Origin: Lepidodermella squamata
Taxonomy: Eukaryota > Animalia > Gastrotricha
Direction: 5' to 3'
Assembly (NCBI GenBank): GCA_047495785.1
Contig: JBLDXI010000003.1
Coordinates: 2,914,001 to 2,978,000 of the forward strand
Length of the DNA: 64,000 nucleotides
Both the position numbers and the translations under genes were made by a program. Positions 37,273-46,895 of the stretch are shown one piece after another. Position 1 is the stretch's first letter, and every line of letters begins with the position of its first letter. The notes under the pieces are model-generated. The model had not been told where the DNA came from. It did not search any database and worked only from the letters and a program-made list of their open reading frames with translations.

Positions 37273-40200
37273 TGTCAGGACCACGCGACCCTGTAGTATC
37301 GGCGGTCGAGAAGTTTCCAGAAACTTCCGCGTTCTCGAACCTGCCAGAACCCAGCAAGTTCTCGAACCTTCCAGAAACTTCCGATTCTAGAACATTCCAT
37401 TGTAATATATAAACCCTTGTTTCGCTTATGTTATTTTAATTGTAATATTAACTGTTTCTTTGCTAATAAACGGCAATACTTAGCTTACAGCTTCTGTGTT
37501 TTGCTTCCGCTCTTACACGATATTACAATTCACCCGTAACTGGCTAGCTACCTATTGCCATCCGATTCCGATTCACGTCTGCAATGGAAGCTACCGAACT
37601 CCATGCCCAGTTGGCCGATCTTCAAGGCCAGAACTATGCGATTAACCAGCGACTCAACGCCTTCACCGACCAAATCGCACAACTCTGCACCGCTGTCAAC
37701 GCCTTGCGAGCTGTTGCACCCTCGGTTCAACCCGTTGCTTCGGATCCCGTTGCCCAAGTCCCGGTTACTACGACTCAGCCGAATGCTTTACGGGCGAAGA
37801 TACCTGGTCGGTATGCCGGCGATCGGTCTAAGTTCCGAGCCTTTGTCACGCAATGCCAGATCTACCTACGACTGAATGCAGCCTACTACCCCGATGATTC
37901 TGCAAAGGTCGCGTTCATCTGCACTCTGCTGGACGACTCTGCCCGAGATTGGATGACGCCCTTTGCCGAGACGAACCACGCCATTATGAGCGATTTTGCG
38001 GCGTTCCTGGCAAGTTTCAAGGCGGCCTTCGACGATCCTAATCGCACACGAACAGCCGAGTTAGCGCTTCAACGGCTCAAACAAGGCAACCGCTCAGTTG
38101 CAGTTTACGCTGCCGAGTTTCAGCGCCTGGCTGTCGACACCACCTGGAACGACTCCGCGCTCGCTCACCAGTTCCGGTTCGGTCTATCCGACGAAATCAA
38201 AGATGAGCTGGCCCGTGTTGATTACCCGTCCAACCTGCAAGATCTGATCAACCTGTCGAACAAAATTGACGCCAGGCTCACAGAGCGTAGGTTGGAGAGG
38301 AAGCATCAAGCGATTTTTCCAAGGTCCACGGTGGTTCCTCCCACGATCACCGCTCCTGCCTCATTGCCGCAAGCAGCAACACAGCCGGAGCCAGAGCCAA
38401 TGCAGGTCGACGTTGTTCGCAAACCGTTGACGCAAGCGGAACGAGAATACCGACGCAAGAACGGCCTCTGCATGTACTGCGGTCAACCTGGCCATGTTAT
38501 TCGTACCTGCCCGACACGACCTACCACAGCTCGTGTTAGGAAAATTAACAATATCCAACATGATGTACCTATTGCTGATGATGAAATAAATAATGAAGAA
38601 TCGTACTCGCGCTCCTCTCTTTTTCTGTTGAGGTCTGTTGTCAACGTCCCAAAGGATGACCTTGCTGTCATGGCAATAGCTATGGTCGACTGCGGCGCGG
38701 ACGGCAACTTCATGGACATCCAGTTCGCCAAGGAGCACGACATCCCGCTGATCGAAAAGAAGAAACCAATCCCTGTTGGTGGAATAGATGGCCGATCGCT
38801 CAAATCTGGTCCGATAACTCATCAAACTGCTCCCTTACAGTTCGAAATCTATGGCCACATCGAGACTATTGTATTCGAGCTCATCGATAGTCCTCACTAC
38901 CCAGTCATCCTCGGTATTCCCTGGTTGGAGCTTCACGACCCAACGATCCGATGGTCGGGTAGAACAATCATGTTCAACGCTGCGCATTGCAAGAAGCATT
39001 GCAACGCTGAATTCCAGCATCATTTCGTTGCGGCTGTGAGTCAAGCTACAGCTGCGCCTGTAGACCCGCTCCAAGGTCTACCTTCAAAATACCATGAGTT
39101 TGCTGATGTCTTCAGCGAAAAAGAAGCTGACAAACTACCCCCACATCGGCCATACGATTGTCCGATCGATCTCGAACCTGGAACAATGCCACCATTCGGC
39201 CCGATCTACAGTTTATCAGAAGTTGAGCTGGAAGCATTGAAGAAATACATTTCCGAGAACCTGGAGAAAGGCTTCATCCGTTCATCAAAGTCCTCTGCGG
39301 GATCTCCCATCCTTTTCGTTAAGAAAAAAGACGGCACCCTTCGGCTATGTGTCGACTATCGTGGCCTGAACAAAATCACAAAACGAAACCGGTATCCATT
39401 GCCTTTGATTCCGGAACTCCTGGACCGTTTGCGACATGCTAAGATCTTTACTAAGCTGGACCTCCGCGGCGCTTACAATTTACTCCGGATTAAGGAGGGC
39501 GATGAATGGAAAACCGCGTTCCGTACCAGGTATGGCCTTTTCGAGTACCTGGTTATGCCTTTTGGGTTGACCAATGCCCCGGCGGCGTTCCAGTATTTCA
39601 TGAACGACATATTCCGCGACATGCTGGACATTTGCGTGGTTATCTACCTCGATGATATCCTCATTTTCAGCGAAGATCCCAGCAAACACGAGGAACATGT
39701 CAGAGAAGTGCTTCGACGGCTGAGAGAAAATCGCCTATTCTCCAAACTGTCGAAGTGCGAGTTCGATGTCAAGAAGGTCGAATTTCTCGGATTTCACATT
39801 TCCACGGAAGGCATTGCCATGGACGAGAAGAAAGTGGCCTGTATCCGCGACTGGAAACGTCCAACATCCGTGAAAGACATCCAATGCTTCATGGGCTTTG
39901 CAAACTTCTATCGACGCTTCGTCGCGAATTTTGCCAAAATTGCGCACCCAATCAATCGTCTCCTGAAGAAAAATGCACCTTTTCACTGGGATGACAGCGC
40001 CGAACAAGCTTTCAAAACCCTGAAAGAGAAGTTCACTTCAGCTCCCGTTCTGATTCATCCAGACCCCGATTTGCCGTTCATTGTCGAGACCGACTGTTCA
40101 AATTTCGCACTTGGATGCATTCTCTCTCAAGTCCACTCCGATGGCCGTTTGCACCCTTGTGCTTACTACTCGCGAAGTCTGTCCGACGCCGAGCGGAACT

Positions 40201-42278
40201 ACGATATCCACGACAAGGAACTTTTGGCGGTCAAAGTGGCTTTCGAAGAATGGCGACATTACCTCGAAGGTGCTCGCCACAAAATAACGGTTTACTGCGA
40301 CCACAAAAACCTGGAATACTTCATGAGCCAAAGGAAGATTCTCAGTCAGAGGCAAGCTCGATGGGCGAACTTTTTCTCGCGATTCGATTTCGTTCTTACG
40401 TACCGCCCTGGTAGCAAAGGGGGAAAACCGGACGCCTTGTCCAGAAGACCCGAGTACCGCGGAACTGACAAAAATGACGATCCCGAAGCCTCGAGCGTGC
40501 TAACCCCTGCCCATTTCCAACTGATGGCACTCAAATCGTTTTCGTGGTCTTGCCAATTTTCGGAAGACATCAAGTCAGCTTTGGCCTCCGATTCCTTTGC
40601 AAAGTCCGTTCTTGAATCCTTAAACGGCGAACACTGCGACCCGAAGTATGAACACTTTTCCGAGCAAAACGGCTTGCTGTTGTTCAAGAACTTGATCTAC
40701 GTCCCTGAAAGTCTGCGGCTGAAAGTGTTACAGCTCCGTCATGACGCCAAGGTTGCAGGGCATTTCGGTTTCCGGAAAACTTTGGAGCTTGTCTCTCGCG
40801 ATTATTGGTGGCCGAAGCAACGCCAGTTTGTCTACGAGTTCGTCAAGACTTGCGATACCTGTAAGCGAGCCAAGGCGCCAAGACACCTGCCGTATGGCAA
40901 TCTCGAACCGTTACCAACCCCGGATCGACCATGGTCCTCCATTTCGATGGATTTCATCACCGAGCTTCCTCAATCAAACGGAAATACAGTGATTCTGAAT
41001 GTAGTCGATCGGCTAACGAAAATGGCCCATTTCATTTCGCTTCCCAAACTACCATCAGCAGAAGAAACAGCTTCAGTGTTTCTCAAGGACATTTTCCGAT
41101 TACACGGCGTACCAGATTCGACCGTGACAGACCGCGGCTCGCAATTCGCCTCAAAATTCTGGAAACGATTTTTTGAGCTTCTAGGAACCGATGTCAAACT
41201 CTCAACTGCAAATCACCCGGAAACAGACGGCCAGACGGAGCGTGTCAACCAGGTGCTGGAGCAATACCTTCGTTGTTTCACGAGCTACCAACAAGACGAT
41301 TGGGCCGATCTGCTCCCCATCGCTGAATTCTGCTACAATAATTCGCTGCACGCTTCGACGAACTGCACTCCTTTCCTTGCCAACTATGGTTTCCAGCCCA
41401 AATTCGACCCGTTGACACCAAATTCCAGTGAAGTTCCTCGCGCCGAAACTCGCATCAAGGACCTTTCGGAACTGAAAAACGCCCTCATGACCGAACTGGA
41501 AGCCGCAAAAGAAACGTACAAGAAATACGCCGACCTCAAGCGGCAACCAGGTCCAACTTTTTCCGAAGGCGACCTTGTTTGGCTATCAGCCAAGCATGTT
41601 TCGACGAACCGACCAAGCAAAAAACTTGATTTCAAGCGTCTTGGGCCGTTCAAAGTCGTCGAGAAGATCAGTGAGCTGGTTTACCGACTTCAACTGCCTC
41701 CCAGTCTGAAAATCCATCCGGTGTTTCACATCTCCATGCTAGAGCCATACGTCGAAAACACGATTCCCGGTCGAAAACAACCGCCGCCACCACCAGTCGA
41801 ATCCGAAGAAGGCGACGAATTCGAAGTTGAAGCCATACTCGACTCGAAGGTGGAACGTGGCACCTTGAAGTACCTGGTTGATTGGAAGGGTTATGGCCCA
41901 GAAGAACGAAGTTGGGAGCCGGTTTCAAACCTGAACTGTCCAGACCTGTTGGCCGAGTTCCACGCCAAGTACCCTGACAAACCGAAAGGCACGAATGCGA
42001 CGTCTGGAAGCCGTCGGCTACGACGGGGGGTGATGTCAGGACCACGCGACCCTGTAGTATCGGCGGTCGAGAAGTTTCCAGAAACTTCCGCGTTCTCGAA
42101 CCTGCCAGAACCCAGCAAGTTCTCGAACCTTCCAGAAACTTCCGATTCTAGAACATTCCATTGTAATATATAAACCCTTGTTTCGCTTATGTTATTTTAA
42201 TTGTAATATTAACTGTTTCTTTGCTAATAAACGGCAATACTTAGCTTACAGCTTCTGTGTTTTGCTTCCGCTCTTACA
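37273..42278 (+). mobile_element. Full-length Ty3/gypsy chromovirus (Tf1/sushi-like) LTR retrotransposon
   Basis: 245-bp TG..CA LTRs at 37273-37517 and 42034-42278 that read identical by eye; 5-bp TSD GAGCG; G-rich PPT before the 3' LTR; single uninterrupted ORF. Confidence 0.97.
37584..42173 (+). CDS. gag-pol: Gag-Pol polyprotein (capsid, CCHC knuckle, aspartic protease, RT, RNase H, integrase, chromodomain), 1529 aa
   Basis: CMYCGQPGHVIRTC; MVDCGA; YLDD; ETDCS/DKELLA RNase H; HD..GH..CDTC zinc finger and D,D35E core; GPF; FEVEAILDS..KYLVDWKGYGPEERSWEP chromodomain. Confidence 0.97.
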   Translation: MEATELHAQLADLQGQNYAINQRLNAFTDQIAQLCTAVNALRAVAPSVQPVASDPVAQVPVTTTQPNALRAKIPGRYAGDRSKFRAFVTQCQIYLRLNAAYYPDDSAKVAFICTLLDDSARDWMTPFAETNHAIMSDFAAFLASFKAAFDDPNRTRTAELALQRLKQGNRSVAVYAAEFQRLAVDTTWNDSALAHQFRFGLSDEIKDELARVDYPSNLQDLINLSNKIDARLTERRLERKHQAIFPRSTVVPPTITAPASLPQAATQPEPEPMQVDVVRKPLTQAEREYRRKNGLCMYCGQPGHVIRTCPTRPTTARVRKINNIQHDVPIADDEINNEESYSRSSLFLLRSVVNVPKDDLAVMAIAMVDCGADGNFMDIQFAKEHDIPLIEKKKPIPVGGIDGRSLKSGPITHQTAPLQFEIYGHIETIVFELIDSPHYPVILGIPWLELHDPTIRWSGRTIMFNAAHCKKHCNAEFQHHFVAAVSQATAAPVDPLQGLPSKYHEFADVFSEKEADKLPPHRPYDCPIDLEPGTMPPFGPIYSLSEVELEALKKYISENLEKGFIRSSKSSAGSPILFVKKKDGTLRLCVDYRGLNKITKRNRYPLPLIPELLDRLRHAKIFTKLDLRGAYNLLRIKEGDEWKTAFRTRYGLFEYLVMPFGLTNAPAAFQYFMNDIFRDMLDICVVIYLDDILIFSEDPSKHEEHVREVLRRLRENRLFSKLSKCEFDVKKVEFLGFHISTEGIAMDEKKVACIRDWKRPTSVKDIQCFMGFANFYRRFVANFAKIAHPINRLLKKNAPFHWDDSAEQAFKTLKEKFTSAPVLIHPDPDLPFIVETDCSNFALGCILSQVHSDGRLHPCAYYSRSLSDAERNYDIHDKELLAVKVAFEEWRHYLEGARHKITVYCDHKNLEYFMSQRKILSQRQARWANFFSRFDFVLTYRPGSKGGKPDALSRRPEYRGTDKNDDPEASSVLTPAHFQLMALKSFSWSCQFSEDIKSALASDSFAKSVLESLNGEHCDPKYEHFSEQNGLLLFKNLIYVPESLRLKVLQLRHDAKVAGHFGFRKTLELVSRDYWWPKQRQFVYEFVKTCDTCKRAKAPRHLPYGNLEPLPTPDRPWSSISMDFITELPQSNGNTVILNVVDRLTKMAHFISLPKLPSAEETASVFLKDIFRLHGVPDSTVTDRGSQFASKFWKRFFELLGTDVKLSTANHPETDGQTERVNQVLEQYLRCFTSYQQDDWADLLPIAEFCYNNSLHASTNCTPFLANYGFQPKFDPLTPNSSEVPRAETRIKDLSELKNALMTELEAAKETYKKYADLKRQPGPTFSEGDLVWLSAKHVSTNRPSKKLDFKRLGPFKVVEKISELVYRLQLPPSLKIHPVFHISMLEPYVENTIPGRKQPPPPPVESEEGDEFEVEAILDSKVERGTLKYLVDWKGYGPEERSWEPVSNLNCPDLLAEFHAKYPDKPKGTNATSGSRRLRRGVMSGPRDPVVSAVEKFPETSAFSNLPEPSKFSNLPETSDSRTFHCNI

Positions 42279-42615
42279 GAGCGATAGAAAGCAGCGTGAC
42301 AAGAGGTGTTGCAAAGGGATCGCACGTCAGAATGTTTCACCCCGGCGTCATCATACTAACGATCGATTGACAAATCAGGGTGCGCAATTGAAATGGACTT
42401 TCAAGTGGTTGCATAATATGTAATAAAAGGTTCGTACACTTTCGTGTTGAGGTTTATGACTTCGTGCTACACCCACGCATGACATTAATTTGATACTACA
42501 GGCTAAAGACAACGGAGAGCCTCCAAGTGCTCATCTTCCCTTGTATATAAAATGGCCATTTCCGAGTCAGAATCTATATCGAAAAGTTATTCTTATTTGA
42601 AAACAACTTTGAATC

Positions 42616-43125
42616 ATGTACTTGGCTTTTGCGATTTTCGGCCTGATGTTTTGCCTGATGCCATCGACGCAATCAGCCCCAGTGAATAATCTTCTGCCGT
42701 GCATTCAGCAAAACTGGGTTCAATGTGGGATCGCCCTGGGCTCAGCATTTTTCAAACTTCACCAGTGGTCAGATGGAGTGGCGTACAAGGTCGCATCTTA
42801 CGATTGTACTGCTCGGTACACAGGCAGAATCAGCACGTATCAAAAAGTCTGGGATGGGGAGTTCACCTGTCCGAGTCTTTGGCCGGGTCATTCCGGCAAT
42901 TCACAAGGATACACCAGCCAGACTGGAGCAATCGAACCCGCCATGCAAGATTTTTTCAAGAATCTTACGGCTGCGAATGTTCTGACCCAGGAACAGTGGG
43001 ACCAAATAGCACCTGGGGTTGTTAGACCTGCTACCACGGCTGCTCCTAAGAACGCTATCACCCGTGCAACTTTCAAATTGCCGAAAGAAGACGTTACACC
43101 TCGAAAAGGAGCCTTCATACCATGA
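42616..43125 (+). CDS. ALF: ALF-like secreted protein, copy 3 (169 aa, intronless)
   Basis: Signal peptide; CIQQNWVQC; C-TARYTGRISTYQKVWDGEFT-C-PSLW; TATATAAA at ~42544. Confidence 0.8.
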   Translation: MYLAFAIFGLMFCLMPSTQSAPVNNLLPCIQQNWVQCGIALGSAFFKLHQWSDGVAYKVASYDCTARYTGRISTYQKVWDGEFTCPSLWPGHSGNSQGYTSQTGAIEPAMQDFFKNLTAANVLTQEQWDQIAPGVVRPATTAAPKNAITRATFKLPKEDVTPRKGAFIP

Positions 43126-43335
43126 TTCGTTTCATCGAATTTCTTTTCCTTTTTTCAAACCGATACCATATTGATATTCTTGAGATACACATCTTATATC
43201 TTGACGACTTAATTGCGGCCTTTCCAAAAATTGAATTAAATAAATGTACACCAGAGCATATATTCAGTTGATTTATTATTCGAATAAATTATTCAAGATT
43301 TCAACATTTATCAAAATGACCTTCTCGAAATGTCT

Positions 43336-43835
43336 CTAGTTGGAGACGCTGACGGACTTGCTGACGGAGTACGAGCCCTTGTTGGCCTTGCGGCCGCCGA
43401 ACTTGCCGTGGCCGAACTTGCCGCCCTTGCGGCCGTAGCCGAAGTTCTTGCCGTGCTTGCCGAACTTGCGACCACCGAATCGCTTGTTCTTGCCGAAGCG
43501 GTTGCCGGAGAAGGAGGCGGACCGCGAGTAGGAAACAGACTTGGAGACCGACTTGGAGAAGGATCCGCGGCGCTTGTTTATCTTCTTGCCGTAGCGCTTC
43601 TTCATCGGGAAGGCACGTCCCTTGCGGAAAGCCCTCTTGTTCTCGAAGGAGCGGCTCGCCGAGGTGCTCACCTTTTTCTCGTAGTGCCGGTGCATCTCCT
43701 TCGACTCGACATTCCACACCTTGGCCTCGGAGTAAGCTGAAATAATAGAGCATGAAAAGGTGGCAAAAATGATCCGGAAAAGGGATTACCAAGTCCGAGC
43801 AGGACGACAACAGCAATAGCAAGGAAAGCACGCAT
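43336..43835 (-). CDS. Family A secreted cationic protein, copy 6 (148 aa; exons 43835-43790, 43736-43336)
   Basis: Same structure; ends SYSVSKSVSVSN like family A'. Confidence 0.9.
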
Positions 43836-44420
43836 TGTTGACTGAGAATGAGATGAAGATTAATTATTGATTATCAAATCGAAAAGCGAGAGATGGTTGA
43901 TGATTTTGAACAAAAATCTCGCCGCTTTTATACCATGCCACTCTGTCTTAATTGGGGTAGCTTGAATAATTCATTACGTGCTAATTAGCTGTGATTTTAT
44001 GGCGCAAATGGCATTCTATACAATGAGCGAACTATTTTCTCTGTCGATAATTAGAATTTCAATAGCTGAACTTCGAAATTAAATTTTACTTGATTAAATT
44101 ATATTTTGAAAAAAACACCAAAAAATCAGAAACAAAAAAATCAAAAGCATTTCTGAATACCGCGTAAGCCGTTCAGCAGCATGGATCGCGTGTGCATGAT
44201 TTAGTGCCGAATCTTGCTGTTTTCAGTGCCGAATTCAATCAACACGTTGCTCTTTCAACTTCAGGGAATAGATGATGAAAATACATACAGGGGGTTAATG
44301 ATAAACTAAACATTTTTATTACATTGAATCCCAAAAACATTATCCGAGATACCACACATTATTTTTCAACTATTCAAAATAAATTTCATCACATCAAAGT
44401 CTCTTGTAATCGAACCAGGT

Positions 44421-45676
44421 TTAGTAGGCGTAAGCGTCATTTCCGTAAGCCGCTTCATGGTTTACAATGCCGTGCGATTTGTCGCCTTTCTTGCCATCCT
44501 TCTTTCCAGTTTCTTTACCGCCCTTCTTGCCTTCCTTCTTGCCGGTCTTCTTTTCGGTCTTCTTGCCACCCTTCTTGGCAGCCTTCTTGGGGGCGCTGTC
44601 CTTCTTGGCGCTGGCTTCCTTATAGCTGGCAGAGATACCTGCATGGAAGTCGTGGGTGGCGCGTTCAGCCGAGGCATTGGCGCGTTTGCGGCCGTGCTTG
44701 GCTGAGGCCTTGCGGGTGTGGGCAGAGTCGGAGACGGAGGTCTTCTTGTTGCTGGCCTTGCGGGCCTTGCTGGTACTTGCGGGCGTTGCGGGAGTCACGG
44801 GCGACGGAGGCCGAGGCGCGGCGGTGGTGGGCTTTGTTGCGCTTCGCCTTCTTCGAGGCAGCGGCGGCCGAGGCAACGGAATCGCGAGAGGCGTAGTCGG
44901 CAGAGTGGGCCTTGCGCGACTTCTTGCCGTGGGCCTTCTTGGCGGTCTTCTTGCGGCTGGCAGTGGTGGCAGCGCCGTCAGAGTCGAAGGCAGCAAAGTC
45001 GTTGGCGCCCGATTCGAAGCTGAACTTGTTGACGTTGTTGTGGCCCTTGTCGGTGAAGGTCTTCTTCTTGAACTCGATCACCTCGCCGGCCTTGTCGCGG
45101 GCCTGGTCCTTGTGGAAAGCAGTCTTGCGCTTGTGGTCGGCACGGCCGTGCTTCTTGTTGCGCTTGTGCTTCTGGGCAGCGGCGGCGGCGCCAGAGTCGG
45201 CGTAGGCGTTGTCGTGCTTGGCGGAGGCAGCCTTGGCGCCTTCGCGGTGTTTGCGGCCGTGGCGCTTGCTGCCAGCCTTGGACTTCTTGCGGTCGTAGGC
45301 GGAGTCGCGCTTGCCAGCCGAGGCGTAGCTGGCTGAGGCGCGTTCGGCGCTGGCCGATCGGGTCTTGATCAGTTTGCGCTTGTCGCTAGTCTTCTTGTTG
45401 TGGGAAGCGTCGGCCTCGGCGTATTCGGCGGCACCGAATTCTTGCTCTGCAGAGGCGGACTGGCGGGCGTAGGAGTCGTGTTGGTCGACTGAGGCGGAGA
45501 AGTCGGCCTTCTTGGAGCCACCTTTCTTCGCACCTTTTCCTTTGCCATAGTCACCACCGGCAGAGACTGGATTCAAAAAGTCACAAATTGAACAACAAGT
45601 TTAAAACATAGGATGGTAGGAAATTACCGGTAGCAGCAAGCAGGATAATCACAGCAAGAGCGAGGTAGACACGCAT
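44421..45676 (-). pseudogene. Family B copy 2 with a frameshift at ~44772 (exons 45676-45628, 45566-44421)
   Basis: Collinear with 1922-3294 until ...NARKY. The frame then shifts (AAG TAC C AGC AAG GCC), and the homologous C-terminus (...KKGGKK...AYAY) continues in another frame. Confidence 0.7.
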
Positions 45677-45858
45677 TTTATAATGGCTAATTCTAGTAAT
45701 TTGAGAAAAAAAATTGAAAAAATTGATCACAGTTGTGACATTAGTATTATACGTCCACCTTTGAACAGGAAATTATTTCAATCAAAAAAAGTGGTTCTTC
45801 ACCCTATACAATACTAGAACAGTCCTATTTTGGTAATAAAGCTCATGATGCCAGCTTC

Positions 45859-46895
45859 TTAGTTGTTGCCAGCTGACGCAGATGCAGAATTCTTGTTAAC
45901 CGAAGCCGAGGCGAATTCACCACGACGATCACCATGACGGCGGCCGAAGAAGTTGCCGTGACCACGACGGCCGCGGAGGTTGCCAGCGGCAGCCGAGGCA
46001 GAGCGCTTGTTAACCGAGGCAGAGGCGAAGTTTCCTCCACGACGACGGCCATGCAGACCGCGGCGGCCATGACGGCGACCAGCGAACGAAACGGAACGGC
46101 GACCGTGCTTGAATCCACGACGCTTGCCGAACGAGCCAGCCGAAGCGGAGGCAGAGTTCTTGTTGACGGAGGCTGAGGCGAAGTTGCCGCCGCGACGACC
46201 ACCATGGCGACCGAAGTAGCCGCGACGACCACGGAAATTGCCAGCGGCAGCAGAAGCAGAGCGCTTGTTGACGGAGGCAGAAGCAAAGTTGCCACCACGA
46301 CGACCCCCGTGACGACGGCCGAAGAACTTGCCATGATGACCACGGCGGCCACGGAAGTTGCCGGCAGCGGCCGAAGCGGAGCGCTTGTTAACCGAGGCAG
46401 AGGCGAAGTTTCCTCCACGGCGGCGACCGTGGCTGAAGTGGCGACCAGCGTGGCGACGGCCGAACTTCTTGAAGCCCTTGCGGCCCTTGTTGCTGCCAGC
46501 TGAGGCCGAGGCGGAGTTCTTGTTGACTGAAGCCGAGGCGAAGTTGCCACTGCGACGACCCTTGTGGCCGAAGAAGCGACCATGGCGACGACCGCTACGA
46601 TTGCCAGCTGAAGCGGAAGCAGAGTGCTTGTTAACCGAGGCAGAGGCGAAGTTACCACGACGGCGACCATTGAAGCCGAATCCACGGCCGTGTTTGCGAC
46701 CGATCAGATTGCCACGTTGAGCCTTGTCGACGCCAGCAGAAGCAGAGGCTTCCTTCTTGTTGACCGAGGCTGAAGCATCATTTGCTGAAGTGGCAACTAT
46801 GGACAGAAATATGTAGAATTATGTCTTTCTTTTAGTAAAAGTCATTTACCGATGCAGAATAGAGCGACAGCTGCCGCGACAAGGGTTAGACGCAT
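45859..46895 (-). CDS. Family C: secreted silk-like block copolymer, 8 x ASASVNKxSASA blocks separated by Gly/Arg/His/Phe segments (327 aa; exons 46895-46850, 46796-45859); correct frame absent from the ORF track
   Basis: Signal exon MRLTLVAAAVALFCI, 53-nt phase-1 intron; hand translation VATSANDASASVNKKEASASAG...GNFASASVNKHSASASAG...GEFASASVNKNSASASAGNN-stop with no internal stop; total 984 nt. Confidence 0.88.

Noticed and set aside
45859-46796. Regular repeat-spacer pattern resembling a CRISPR array
   Set aside because: Repeats vary at synonymous positions and keep frame: it is a protein-coding repeat in a spliced eukaryotic gene; no cas genes.
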